From Eledone cirrhosa (Eukaryota), in assembly GCA_964016885.1 (NCBI GenBank), contig OZ024743.1:74338001-74402000 (forward strand): DNA of 64,000 nucleotides, in the 5' to 3' direction. The notes below the pieces were generated by a model, which saw only the letters and a list, made by a program, of their open reading frames with translations, searched no databases and was not told the origin of the DNA. This document shows, one piece after another, positions 14,180-31,870 of this stretch. Positions within the stretch are counted from its first letter, which is position 1, and each line of letters begins with the position of its first letter. Both the position numbers and the translations under genes were made by a program.

Positions 14180-17100
14180 ATAAAAAAAAAGGACCCCACG
14201 AAGAAACAGAAAATACCCAAGAGACGAATATTACTTCAGCATTAACTAAATTAATCGAAACCATTGAAACAGCAATGCTCCAAAAGCTGGAACAACCAGT
14301 AGAACCCAATCTACGAGATGTCCACTCAGTGAAAAACACCCTAATCAATATATGGACTCAACAGCTCACAGTCCGCAAATTCGCCTTTTGGAATCTCCTA
14401 AAAAATTATGGCAAGGCAGACATATGTGACAAGTGGCTAAACTCTACCCCAATCATCCTCCCCAAAAAGCTCCAAATAAAACCCATCCCAACTGAACCAG
14501 AAAACCAACAAAGGCTTAGGGAAAAGATGGCGTTAGAAAAATTTAAAATAGAAATAGAACTGCTGCGATTAAGAGCCAATTCCAACGAAGAAAAATTCAA
14601 GTCACTCGAAATCTCAAAGCACTCTGAAGGCCTACTCTACGAAAAGAACCTTAAAACTTTGGAAAGAAAACTGTGAGGATGAAGAACTAACATCCCTCCA
14701 GCGATGGGAAAAATCACACCAACACCACAATACTCTAACCCCAATGAGATAAATGACGATATCTCACACTTCTGTAGAAAATTACGTCTCACAGAGGAAT
14801 TCTTTGACATGGAGAATAACGACCAATCAATTGTACGGAATAAAAGCAGCTACAACACCCAAAAAGGTAGAAACAGAGTTCTGGACAAATTTTGTGACCA
14901 CATAGCTACTTTCCCATACCATGAACTACCGCAACCTAAACCCAAACCCAACACGAGTCGAAGGGAATGGGAGATTAACAATGAACTAAAAAACAATACG
15001 GACATTTTCATTAAGGAAGCGGATAAGGGAAGTTCTGTTGTCATTATGGATGCTGAAAAATATAAAAATTCTATGTTCTCTCTCTTACAAAATACTAATT
15101 ACTATGAAAGAGTAAAAAACTACCAGCAATCAAAAACAATGACCAGATTAAACACACTGATTTGTCGATACCAGAAAGACTTAACTAAAAAGGAACGCGA
15201 TTATTTAACACATTTTGAATACAAAACCAGCAACCTTTACGGACTTCCGAAGATCCACAAGTGTAAAATAATTAACGATGCCTGTAAACAATCCACCTCA
15301 GCCTGCGTGAACTCACAATACCCCACAGACCTTAAATTAAGACCAATTGTAGCGGGCCCACAATGTGAAACACACTGACTAAGCAACTTTATCGACATAC
15401 TATTAAAACCAATTCTCAAACACATACCAAGCCTTGTAAGAGACGATCTGGAACTCTTAAACCACCTCCCGAAACATGTCAACAACGACACTATTATTGT
15501 GTCTTTCGATGTAGTGAATCTCTACACAACGATCCCACACCAATACGAACTAGAAGCAATAGGATTCTGGCTAGAGAAATATTCCAATGAGATACATGGC
15601 AGAATAGAAAAATGCTTCATCACCGAGGGATTAAAATTCATCTTACAGAACAACTTTTTTGATTTCGATGGCAGTACTTACAAGCAAATATCGGGGACTG
15701 CGATGGGTACAAAAGCCGCTCCAACTTATGCCAACTTAGTCATGGCATACTTAGAAGTACAGATATATGAACAGTCCAAATCAAAATACGGATTGAACTT
15801 CCACAAATATTTATCAGAGAATTGGAAACGCTACTTGGATGATTGTCTCATTATTTGGTCCCACACACTCGACCAACTGAAGGATTTCAAAAACTTAATA
15901 AACGGCATCAATAACTACATCCAATTTACAATGGAATACAGCCAAGATCAACTCCCATTTCTGGACATCTTAATCTTAAAAAAAGACACAAATATTGAAA
16001 CTGACATACACTACAAACCAACAGATTCCAAACAATACCTGCTATTCACCTCCAACCATCCAAAGCACACGAAGACAAACATTCCTTTTAACGTAGCAAA
16101 AAGAATTTGCACAATTGTCTCCAATTATGAAACGCGAAATAAAAGACTTCAAGAATTAAAGGAAATTCTACTCGAAAGAGAGTATCCACCATTACTAATA
16201 AATAATGGAATAGAAAGGGCTAAAGCGATAGGCATTGATGAATTACGAAAACAGAAACAAATTCAAGGTACGTCCAATATTCTATCATATATCTCAACAC
16301 ACAACGCAAGAAATGCGGAAGCTTACAACACTATTCACAAGAACATCCCACTACTAAAACAAGACCCAAGAATGAAAAAAGCCCTTGAAACACACAAAAT
16401 AATCAAAAGCAAAAGACATCCGAAATCACTGAAAACATTACACACCAATGCCAAATTACCTACAACAAACCCACAACCAACTGTCAAAAAATGTGGTCGC
16501 TCTAATTGTGGAACCTGCACTCTCCTCATTGAAGGCAACACGTATACATTTAAATCAGGACAAAATTTTGCTGTAAAAAATCACTTCACTTGCTCATCAA
16601 AAAATCTAGCCATTAAATGTAAAGGATGCAATGAAGATTATATAGGACAAACTAAACTCACACTCAGAAACATAATGACAGTTCATCGCCAACAATTACG
16701 AGATCCAACCACGAGACAGATACCACTAAGCGTACATCGAGACATATCCGCAAGTAATAAGACACCCAAATTCCAAGTCTTCCCATTTTACCTTTGCGTT
16801 AACAATACAACAGAACAAATACGAATAAATAAGGAAAATATGTTTATTCAAAAATATAGACCAGCATTAAATATGGTTTACTATACATTATGTCAACACC
16901 ATAACATGCTAACCATCCAAACAGACACATACACACACACATAACACCTGCTACTTTAGAAAATAAAACCCGAACTAAATAAACCTTAACATACGTTTGC
17001 GCTGACAATACAACAGAAAAAATACGAATAAGTAAGGAAAATATGTTCATTCAAAAATATTCCTACTAAAGGAATAATTTTCCTACACACACACACATAC

Positions 17101-18077
17101 ACATACACACAATATATATATATTCTCTTCATCTTAACATGCTAACCATACTCCCACACACACATAACACCCATACACACATATAACAACCCCCAACCAC
17201 AGACACATACAACTCCCTCCCCCATTTCTACTAATAGAATCACTTTCCTACACACATATATACACACACAAAATATATATATTCTCTCCATTTTAACATA
17301 CTCCCACACACACACACATATCACCCATATACATACACACACAACTCCCTCCCCCATTTCTACTGATAGAATCATCTTCCAATACACACACACACACAAG
17401 CACACAAATAAACATACATATCTTTACTTTCTTTATTTCAATAGAAAATTTGAATTCTGACACCCCAGCGAACTAACCATATTCACTGAACCAGAACAAT
17501 TCTCCCATCCCATTTCTCTTGACCATTATCTTTTGCTTGTCATAAAATTCTCTAAAGAGGCTACAGAATAGATTTCCAAATAAGGGCGCCAAATTTAATG
17601 AAAACTTGTTCACGTGACAACCATAATTTCATTTATAACCAATCAAATTACCTTTATTAAAAAAAAAGCCTTTGTGAGCCCCTTTTTAAGTAAAAAGAAA
17701 TTCAAACACTCATATATGAAAAAAACAACCTGAGCCCCTGAAGAACTTTGTAGCAACCTGAAGAACTTTGTAACGCGAACTGGCGCGAAATTTATTATAA
17801 TTATTGACCAACCAATCAAATTACTTTTCTAAAAACCTGGCGTTTCGAGCCACTTTTTTCCATATAAAACAAGTAACATTCAAAGACCAACCAGATGTGA
17901 GAAAAACCACATTTGAAAAGCAGAAGAACTGCGAAACCGGTAAAGGAACCAAATAAATATATATATTTTTTTTAAAAATAAGACTCCTGTTGCATTTTCG
18001 ATTTCAGCTTCTTTTCTTTATACTTTCACTCGTGTATACACCTCGGTTATTCTTCATTTTGTAAAAAAAAACCTCAC

Positions 18078-18085
<8 letters not shown>
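14180..18085 (+). mobile_element. Penelope-like retroelement, decayed, with 3' pseudo-LTR
   Basis: Contains an RT plus GIY-YIG ORF and is flanked by (TA)n. The 3' region 17880-18085 recurs on the minus strand at 24040-24101 and 24375-24527. Confidence 0.88.
14275..16944 (+). pseudogene. Penelope RT / GIY-YIG endonuclease ORF, disrupted
   Basis: Motifs IKEADKG, YGLPKIHK, LRPIV, SFDVVNLYT, GTAMGTK, RYLDD, LPFLDI and C..C..C...IKCKGCNEDYIGQT. There is an in-frame TGA at 15376-15378 between two same-frame ORFs, plus a disruption near 14680. Confidence 0.9.
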
Positions 18086-18169
<84 letters not shown>

Positions 18170-18502
18170 GTAAGTTTTGTAAGTTTTCTCAAGCAATCCG
18201 TTCCTAACAAAAACAATTAACAATGAAAAAAATATAAAATATATAAAAATATAACAAGTTAAATTCCCGAATAGTGGGGAGAACCACCCAGGTACGACTT
18301 AGAGACCCCACCAATCCTGAATCACCCGACGCTTTGAGTAGCCCTCCCCCACTCTAGGAATTCAGTGAGTTTTCACTTTGTAGGCTGTGTGGTGTGAAAG
18401 ATGAAACAATAAACCACTTCATTAGTGAACGTAAGATGCTTGCTCAGAACGAGTACAGGAGAAAATACAACAACATTGGTTCATTAGAATCTCTGTCATA
18501 AG

Positions 18503-18535
<33 letters not shown>

Positions 18536-18673
18536 ATACTTTGGGAGGGTCATGTTGCCAATACGAAACACACGCACCAGTGTTTCACTTCAATTTATTA
18601 TAAATTAAATTTATAAATTTATAAATTTCCGGTTGGTTGGTTGGTTCCACAACCAGACGATTGTTCATATATT

Positions 18674-18716
18674 GTCAAAGTTCTTTCGTCACACATTCTG
18701 TGACCTCTTCAGTGAC
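18674..18716 (-). ncRNA. Minimal type I hammerhead ribozyme in pLTR (sense to the GIY-YIG ORF)
   Basis: gtca-CTGAAGA-g-gtcaca(gaatg)tgtgac-GAA-AGAACT-T-tgac. Confidence 0.75.
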
Positions 18717-19478
18717 TGGGGATTATTTTCTTTGTTTTTGTGCCTCTCCTTTGTTCTGTCCTACGCCATCTTGTTTTTGTGTGTGTTGTGTGCTTAGGTT
18801 GCGCATGTATTACATGTCTGTATGTGTTTATATTTGTTTATTTATTTGTTTATTTACATGTTACTGGTTGGTTGTTTGGTCTATGTGTGTGTGTTTTCAT
18901 TTTGTCCTTAATTGTAAGTTGTGATGTTGCTATTCCATTCATATTTTTCTATTTAATTTTGGTCGGAGTTCATTTATGTTTATTGCTTCTGTGATTTGTC
19001 TAAACATTGCGTCTTTTTCTGTGTGTAGATTCTAATTTTATTTCTATGTTCTCTAATTTACGCTTATGTTCTATTTTAGCATGTTGGTAGAGTACAGATG
19101 ATTCTCCACTATCTTCAAGCTCCCGCCAGTGTTCATCCATCCGTTCCCCCACACCACGAGCTGTCTCACCCACGTACACTATACTCCTATCTCTACATTG
19201 TCCTTCAGTACATTTTATGCTATATACTACATTTCTAGTTTTACAGTTAATATGGGGGCCTAGTTTACAGATTATACATTTCCCATCCACACAGGGAGGT
19301 CTTTGAAAATAAATAAATAAATAAATAAATAAATAAACAAACAATAAATAAACAAATATAAACACACACAGACACCCGGATGTAACACATGCGCAAACTA
19401 AGCACACAACACACACAAAAACAAGATGGCGTAGGACAGAACAAAGGAGAAGCGCAAAAACAAAGAAAAGAATCCCCA

Positions 19479-19521
19479 GTCACTGAAGAGGTCACATAAT
19501 GTGTGACGAAAGAACTTTGAC
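19479..19521 (+). ncRNA. Minimal type I hammerhead ribozyme (inverted pLTR copy)
   Basis: gtca-CTGAAGA-g-gtcaca(taatg)tgtgac-GAA-AGAACT-T-tgac. Confidence 0.75.
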
Positions 19522-19719
19522 AATATATGAACAATCGTCTGGTTGTGGAACCAACCAACCAAACGGAAATTTATAAATTTATAAATTTAATTTATAATAA
19601 ATTGAAGTGAAAGCACTGGTGCGTGTGTTTCTAATTGGCAACATGACCCTCCCAAAGTATAACAATATCGGTTTCACACACGTTTTCAGATAAAGAATCT
19701 TGCTAAACAAATTCAGAAA

Positions 19720-19795
<76 letters not shown>

Positions 19796-20199
19796 AGAGA
19801 GAGTGAGAGATTATTATTATTATTTCCCCTTGCCATTGTGAGTTCAAATCCCGCCAAGGTTAACTTTGCCTTTCATCCTTACGGGATCGATAAAATAAAG
19901 TACCAGTAATGTACTGGGTAATTGCTGGCCTTGTTCCAATAGTAGAAACAATTATTATTATTTCTAGTACAAGAGCTGTAGGTGATTACATAGACAATAG
20001 TTGCTCATGGCCTCTTTATTTACTCGACGCCGTGATGATAGAAATCGATCCCCGCAATGGGATTCGAATTGATCGTTTCCGTAAACAGCCGAAATTTAAA
20101 TAATCACAATAATAGAGTAGGTAGCTCGGAGATCAGCGAGTCACTCCAAGTCGAGCCACTACTCCTCCGAATTGAGAGATCACAACTCCGATACTATGG

Positions 20200-24039
<3,840 letters not shown>

Positions 24040-24194
24040 CTGCTTTTCAAAAGTAGAGTTGAGATGGATGATCTGTGGTTTTTCTCACATCTGGTTGGTC
24101 TATGTATATATATATATTTATATATATATATATATACACACACATATATATATACACACACATATATATATATTTATATATATATATATACATA

Positions 24195-24230
<36 letters not shown>

Positions 24231-24239
24231 TATATATAG

Positions 24240-24377
<138 letters not shown>

Positions 24378-24446
24378 AATAGAAGATGAAATCGAAAATG
24401 CAACTGGCGTCTTATTTTTAAAAAAATATATAAATATATTTGGTTC

Positions 24447-24479
24447 CTTTACCGGTTTCGCAGTTCTGCTTTTCAAAAG
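24447..24479 (-). ncRNA. Minimal hammerhead with U3-A8 core variant (pLTR of the 14.2-18.1 kb Penelope family)
   Basis: ctt-TTGAAAA-gcagaactgc-GAA-ACCGGT-A-aag, with palindromic stem III. A copy with disrupted stem I lies at about 17912-17945 (+). Confidence 0.7.
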
Positions 24480-24523
24480 TAGAGTTGAGATGGAGGGTCT
24501 GTGGTTTTTCTCACATCTGATTG

Positions 24524-24562
<39 letters not shown>

Positions 24563-24577
24563 TATAGATATATACAT

Positions 24578-24609
<32 letters not shown>

Positions 24610-24812
24610 TTGGTTCTACTTTAGGCACAAGGCCAGCAATTTCCCAGTTCATTACTGGTACTTTCTTTCATCGACCCCGTAAGGATGAAAGGCAAAGTCA
24701 ACCTCGTTAGCTCTGTTTCTTGACCGCTGTATCACGTGATTGACTCCCCCTCCGCCTTTCAGGATTCTATCCCGCGTCCTACGGAGGGTGTTTTGAAACT
24801 CTTAATTAGGTA

Positions 24813-24905
24813 TCCTCTTGATAAGCCGGCAGACCTCATAAACATTCTATATCTCTGTGATGTAGTGTTTTTGCATAATATGTCACGAAACTACGTAGTC
24901 GAGGA
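24813..24905 (+). ncRNA. Hammerhead ribozyme, U3-A8 core, long stem/loop II
   Basis: tcctc-TTGATAA-[about 62 nt]-GAA-ACTACGTAGT-C-gagga. Stem III is palindromic, the cleavage site is GUC and stem I is 5 bp. Confidence 0.7.
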
Positions 24906-25136
24906 GTAGTGAAGGAATTTGGGTATTGTATATCTTATTAATTATATCTAATGTTTCTTCTCTCTTTATAATGTATTATATAGCTCTGATACTGAATCAA
25001 TCTAATCCATTCGGATTATTTTGTCCCAGTTATTCATAGAGGAACATCGGTTGAGGTTGGCACCACTAACTCAGGGATATGTGTGGATATATTCATGTAT
25101 GTGTATGTGTCCGCATGTATCTATGTGTTTCTGTAT

Positions 25137-25288
<152 letters not shown>

Positions 25289-25349
25289 AACCTAATACTA
25301 ACACTTTGTACTGCACTCTTCATTATTGTTTTTGTTTTCTGTTTTAACT

Positions 25350-25388
<39 letters not shown>

Positions 25389-25690
25389 TAACCCCGACGG
25401 CAGAGCTCAAGCCGTTTCGACGGCAATTTCTGGACAGTCGTCAAAACGGCTTGAGCTCTGCCGTCGGGGTTAAACTTTTTCCTATTACCCACTCTACTAC
25501 ACTAAGTATTGAGTACTCTGGTGCGTTAAGGTCCATCTGCTTCCTTACATCTATTCCCTCGTTATATATATATATATACATGTGCGTATATGTATGTGTA
25601 TATATATATATATATACGTCTGCGTATATGTATATTTAATATATATTATATATATATATATATATACGTGTGCGTATATGTATGTGTGTA

Positions 25691-25724
<34 letters not shown>

Positions 25725-25750
25725 CATATATATATAAGTGTGCGTATATG

Positions 25751-25803
<53 letters not shown>

Positions 25804-25812
25804 GCGTATATG

Positions 25813-25847
<35 letters not shown>

Positions 25848-26230
25848 CGTGTGCGTATACGTATGTGTGTGTATATATATATATATATATACATATATAT
25901 ATACGTGTGCGTATATGTATTATGTATATATATATATAGTAGATCATTCCAATACAAAGGTCTGACGACATGGTGTGTTTGCTTACAGTGTACCTTCGGT
26001 TTATGATAATATTTTTATATTATTCAAATAGCGAGGTATAGGTAACCCATACACTATAGAAACAATTGTTACCTAATAAATTCTGTATACCCGCATTTCC
26101 ATTTCATAAACTTCTTCTCCATATTTTCTCCGGATTTTAAAACACACTTTATTATACGTTGAGCAATCTCTGACGTCGGTTGACTCCATCCAATGCAACT
26201 ACTTAGTAACATTGGAATACAAATTTACTA

Positions 26231-26348
<118 letters not shown>

Positions 26349-26369
26349 GTGTGCGTATATGTATGTATG

Positions 26370-26420
<51 letters not shown>

Positions 26421-26597
26421 GAGAAATATGGAGAGGGTTTGAAATAGATAGATAATAAATAGATAGTTTAAATTATGTTCTCAAATATTTCCGATCAATC
26501 ATTATAGACAAGAATTGTAATATCTTAAGTCGTTGAGTGAGAATTAACAAAAATATCTTGCTTGTCTATTTTCGTAAGAGTACACTTATCATTATTA

Positions 26598-27325
26598 GTG
26601 GCGGTGGATTGGCAGTATCGGTAGAGGTTTGACGCCATGCTTTCCAGCATAGTTACGTCCCTTTACGATCTGAGTTCAAATCCCGCCGAGGTTGACTTTG
26701 CCTTTCATCCTTACGGGGTTGATAAAATAAAGTACCAGTAATCTACTGGTAATTTCTGGCCTTGTGCCAAAAGTAGAAATAATTATTTGTGGCAGTGTCA
26801 GGGAAGCGGATTGGCTGTATCGGTAGAGGGTCGGGCGCCATAGACTTTGCAGCATAGACTTACGTCTCTTTATGAACTGAGTTCAAATCCCGCCGAGGTT
26901 AACTTTGCCTTTCATCCTTACGGGTTCGATAAAATAAAGTACCAGTCACGCACTAGGGTCGATTTAATCGACTTTCCCTCCCCCAAAATTGCTGGCCTTG
27001 TGCCAATATAAGAAACCATTATTAGTGGCAGTATCGGTAGAGCGTCGCACAACATTTTTTGCAGCATAGAATTACGGCCATTTACGTTCCGAGTTCAAAT
27101 TCCACCGAGGTTAGCTTTGCTTTTCATCCTCACAGGCGTCAATAAAATAAAGTACCAGTAATACATTAAGGTTGCTTTAATCGACTTTCTCCTCCCCTAC
27201 AAATTGCTAGCCTTGTGTCTATAGTAGAAACAATTATTAGTGGCAGTATCAGTAGAGCGTCGGACAACATGCTTGGCGGTATAGAGTTACGACCCATTAC
27301 GTTCTGAGATAAAATGCTACCGAGA
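26598..27325 (+). mobile_element. Head-to-tail cluster of four tRNA-derived SINEs (last one partial)
   Basis: Repeated TGGCAGTATCGGTAGAG ... GAGTTCAAATCCCGCCGAGGTTAACTTTGCCTTTCATCCTTACGGGGTCGATAAAATAAAGTACCAGT-like units ending in (ATT)n. Confidence 0.88.
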
Positions 27326-30300
27326 CTCATCCAGTGTCCGAGTATTGCTGATTTGTGGCTTTTTGCTGTCGCCTATCAGCAGTGTCGATCGTGAAGATTT
27401 CCCGCCGTCTTCCTTTAGCTGGGAAGGGCAGGCAGTTTTTACTAGCTTCGTGTCCATGGCGAAAGAGGCGCGTGGCTGTAAAGTTTGAAATGGTTTAAGA
27501 CAATCACTTTCCTCTTCGGCGAAGCTGTGATTAACTTCTTTTAGATTTCATTTGAAAAGGAAAATTGTGGTGGAGAGGGAAGTGCTACCTTCCAAGCAGT
27601 TTGTTGAAAGGTAGGTAAGAATGGCGGGCATGGACTGGATGAATGGGCCTGCTCTGAGTGTGTGCCAGTAGATTGGAGGGCGACAACTGTGAGGGAGCAT
27701 TTCACTTGCCCTAGCTGGCCGTGGCATTTTGTGGGCTATCTCCATGAGTGACCCTCGGAAGCTTTTCTCTATTGGGGAACTTTTCTTTTTGTTGAAACCT
27801 TTACGTTTGTTGTTTTTGTTAAACATCTTTTACACGAAAAAATCCACATTGTTCCGCCGAGTGCCACCATGTGCTGTCTCTATTGTTTTCTTAATGTAAG
27901 CCCTATGTGACTAATAAACCATCATTGTTAATGTAAGCCCTACGTGGCTAATAAACCATCGTTGTTATTATTCAACAGTTTTGTTTTGTCAAAATATATG
28001 ATAAGATCATTTTGAAGAAATACACTGCAGAGAACTAGAATAAATACCGTTAAGTAATATATTTGAACCCTAATCCCTCTCTCCCAAATAGCCACCTTTC
28101 TTATCACCAAACCCCTGACAATAGATTCAAAACATATTATTTAACATTGGAATATATTTATGCTGCACGTTGAATACTTAATAAGTTCACTTCGTAGTTA
28201 TTAGTTTCCGGGTTCAACTCCACTACGTGACTTATTGAGCATGACCCATACATTGGGGGTGAAACTAGGTGGAGGAAAACTACTGAGAAGCCCATCGTAT
28301 GAACTGTCTGTGTAATTCAATTGCTAGTTTTATCGAACACTCTATCACGCTGAATCTTCCTGAGTTTTTCCTTAAGATTACACGTGTCTGTGGCATACCC
28401 AGCTACTTACACGTTAATTTCATGAGCATCTCGTTCCATTGATTGAACAACTGGAGCATTTAACCTAGAAACCGACGGAGATCCTTTCATTTTCAAATGT
28501 TAATAATTAATTTTTCAAAGCTGGCTTACCCATGATACCTTTCATAAAGGCAAAGCAATGAATGGAGATTATTAAATTTAGAAGGAAAAGCAATGAATGG
28601 AGATTATTAAATTTAGAAGTTTGTTATTCTCACAGTCAAATATAACAAATAACCCTAAAACTACTTTTATTACGACAATGAATTATCTGATAATTTTTTA
28701 ATTCTCTTTATTTTTATGGACTTTTTTCCTGAATTAAATTTGTGGAGTCCATACTCTGTCTTTGATGTATTTAATCTAATCATATAACATTTGCTATGAT
28801 ATATGCCATAAAAACAGAGAGAGAAAAATAAACCAAATAGCACAAGTAAGGAAAAGGTGAACAGACTCTAAACTCGACTATCTTCAATTCAGTATTTGTG
28901 CCAACCCTTAACTATAGTTGTGAATGTTGGGTGATGAACGAAAGAATACGATCACGAATACAGGCGGCCAAAATGGGGTTCCTCGGACGGGTCTTTGGAG
29001 TAACGTTACTCTATAAACTGCCTGCATAACTCGGAGATCAGAGAGTCACTTCATGTAGAGCCGCGACTTCTCCGAATTGAGAGATCACAGCTCCGATACT
29101 ATGGGAATATGGTTAGAACGTCTCAGAAAAGAATCGCTGGACAGATTTCACGGGTATGACGAAATATCAGGAGACCCAGTGGTAGACAACGAGCAAGACC
29201 GTTGGATAACATCCATAAGCTCGGCTGGTCTCGCTTGGGTATCCAACCGGTTCTGTTGGAGACAGTTGCATCTAACAGGAGCTGCTGGATTGTATTACCT
29301 GAGGACTCTGCCTTCACGACCCTCGCTGAAACAATTGGACAAAGAAATGTGGAATAGGAGAATCATTAAAGTCTCTCAAAAATACCTTCTGCTATTTGAC
29401 CATGACTCTTCGTTCTGACCTAAACATAAACCTTCTGAGATAAATTATAACTTTATAGGCTTTAACTTTCATACTTCAGGATAAATACCAGTTAATTACT
29501 CATGTCGATACAATCGATAATAGCTCTTCACACATATGAGGCTTTGTGCCTGCCTTAGAAAGTAATCAATATTTAGATGGTCCACTAGCAGAATAGATAT
29601 TTACTTAAAGATCTTTGCGTTCTGAGTTCAAATCCCGACAATGTCCATTTTGGCATTAATCCTTCCTGTGACCATAAAATAAATACCAGTCAAATACTGA
29701 TAGGTATAATCAGCTAGACCCTCTTCCAAAATATGTGGAAATGTTAAAAATTAATATTTAAGTAAACATTATGATAAAAATTAAGAGTAAACTAAAATAA
29801 ATCCAATTGTATCATAACTGGTGATGATAGGTTTCAGAAAAGAGCCTATATGTAGCTAGTTGTGTTGATATAATGTTACACAACAGTTCGTAACCTATCA
29901 CTGTTCTTATCCTCTCATTTCCGTGTCTTCTCAGTTCACCAACTAAACAAAAGTATGATTATTAAGTTTAATGCTTCTCAGTAAAGAACAACTGTTTTGT
30001 ATGATTAATAAATTTTCCATTACTTTGAAGTGTAAACAACTTTGTTGAGATCTGTGTTACGATAAAATCTTTCCTATGGCGGCAAGTCAATCTCGATAAA
30101 TAAAAAATAATAAATCTTTCATCTTTGCCTTTACAATTTTGTCCCCTAGATCCAGCCCAAACACCACCCTGCCCTAGGCCCAAAGCTCATCGCACTCCCC
30201 CCCCCCTTCCTTTAGTGGCCATAAGTCCTTGCGTTTCCCTCCTTTTCCTCTCATTTATGGCATTTATTGTCCTTTCCTCTACAGCCAGATCTGCCCTTCT

Positions 30301-31153
30301 TTACCCCTTCCTATTTTCCTCATTACTTCATTTTGTTTTTATTTTATTTTTCATATTTTTGTAATCAAAAGTGAAATAGTACAGGTAAATAAGTAAATCA
30401 GTATTGATGTTCTCTCTCTTTCACTCACTGCCTCCGTCTCTCTCGCTCTTCCATCTCTCTCTGCAGCTTCAACTTCCATGTGATACTACAAAATACTTCA
30501 GCAATGCTAGTATAGTCACTGCCCCCGTCTCTCCCGCTCTCCTCATCTCTCACTAAAATAAGCAAACGGCGGACAGAATAGAAAAAAGCCTTTCCCCGGA
30601 GGTTGGTGGGGGAGACGCGTTGGAAAATCCATTCCAGCTCGCGAGGCTCATACTTGTGGGTAGCCAACTCCGTGCCGATGGTGGTGAGTAGGGAGGTATC
30701 AATGGTTTTTAAGCCAACTTTATGGGTGAAACAAATGTATTTAGAATAAACATTTCAACTATTTCCAGTTGGAATAAATAACCCCTTAAAATATATATTT
30801 TACCCCCCGACGTCTTTCTTCCGGACATGACAACGAAAAAAAAACAGAAAGCAACAAACAGCAAAGAACCATTTAAATCAAAGAATACATTCTGACAGCG
30901 AATTATTATAGTTTAATTAGACTACTTACATTAAGTTGGAGAAGGAAATCGGAAATCATGTGAAGGGTATATAATAAAACTTTAATTTTTCACAAAATTT
31001 ACATTTAATTTTCATAAAACCATTTCATCAAACTCACACTTTCTGGTGGTTCTTGTCTATGTATGTATATATGTTTGTCTGGGATGTATATTTATGCATA
31101 TGTAACTGGGTTATGTATACAAACTAGTGCTTGTATATGATGCCATATATATA

Positions 31154-31292
<139 letters not shown>

Positions 31293-31870
31293 GCATATAC
31301 AAACATAACCACTTACGTAAATATGCAGTTGTATATATATATAGAGTGGGAGTTTCGACAAATGTATACATGAACACATATACATATATACACATAGTGA
31401 TGAAGCATGCTGAAGAAAGCTCTATATTGAATGCTGGTATATATTCTTTCTTTCTGGATATGATAGGACTCTATCAATCCAGTTTTATATACATTGTACA
31501 ATATAGTCAGAGATATACCAACTACCACCATAAAAGACTAGAGTTGTTGATGAATTTATAATGTCCTTCCTTCTTTGTTTTCAATTAGCACTTGTTATAT
31601 AGGAATCAAAAAGTTTTCTCCTAAACAAGCAGTTAGTTACTCTCCAACGGATGTTTTATGATAGATGTAAAGACAACGTTCAAGATATGATCACAAAGTC
31701 GAGTCATCTTTGTTATTGTATTGGTATTCTATATCTTTCTACTCATATTCTTGTTGATGTTGTTTCTTGCTGTTGTTACTGCAGTTATTTGTTTTGAAAA
31801 AAAAATGTTTCTTTCTTATTTCCAAAGATGGGACGGATCCCGTCAGCCGGCTCAACGTAACACAGTATCC

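Larger units (their letters stand above)
18531..19722 (-). mobile_element. 5'-truncated Penelope-like element (second family): GIY-YIG tail between inverted pLTR copies
   Basis: The minus-strand translation CKTRNVVYSIKC...VYVGETAR...ERMDEH (about 19000-19300) is GIY-YIG. Segment 18531-18850 is the reverse complement of about 19310-19667. TA-flanked. Confidence 0.85.

Noticed and set aside
17738-17795. CTGAAGA...GAAA hammerhead candidate in the Penelope 3' region
   Set aside because: No convincing stems I and III. It includes a short 20-bp duplication.
27330-27870. GC-richer segment with a 92-aa minus-strand ORF as a host exon
   Set aside because: No recognisable domain or splice support. 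Probably an unclassified transposon remnant.
30981-31010. ATTAAA polyadenylation signals for FMRFamide (minus strand)
   Set aside because: Plausible, but not distinguishable from background in AT-rich DNA without 3'-end data.
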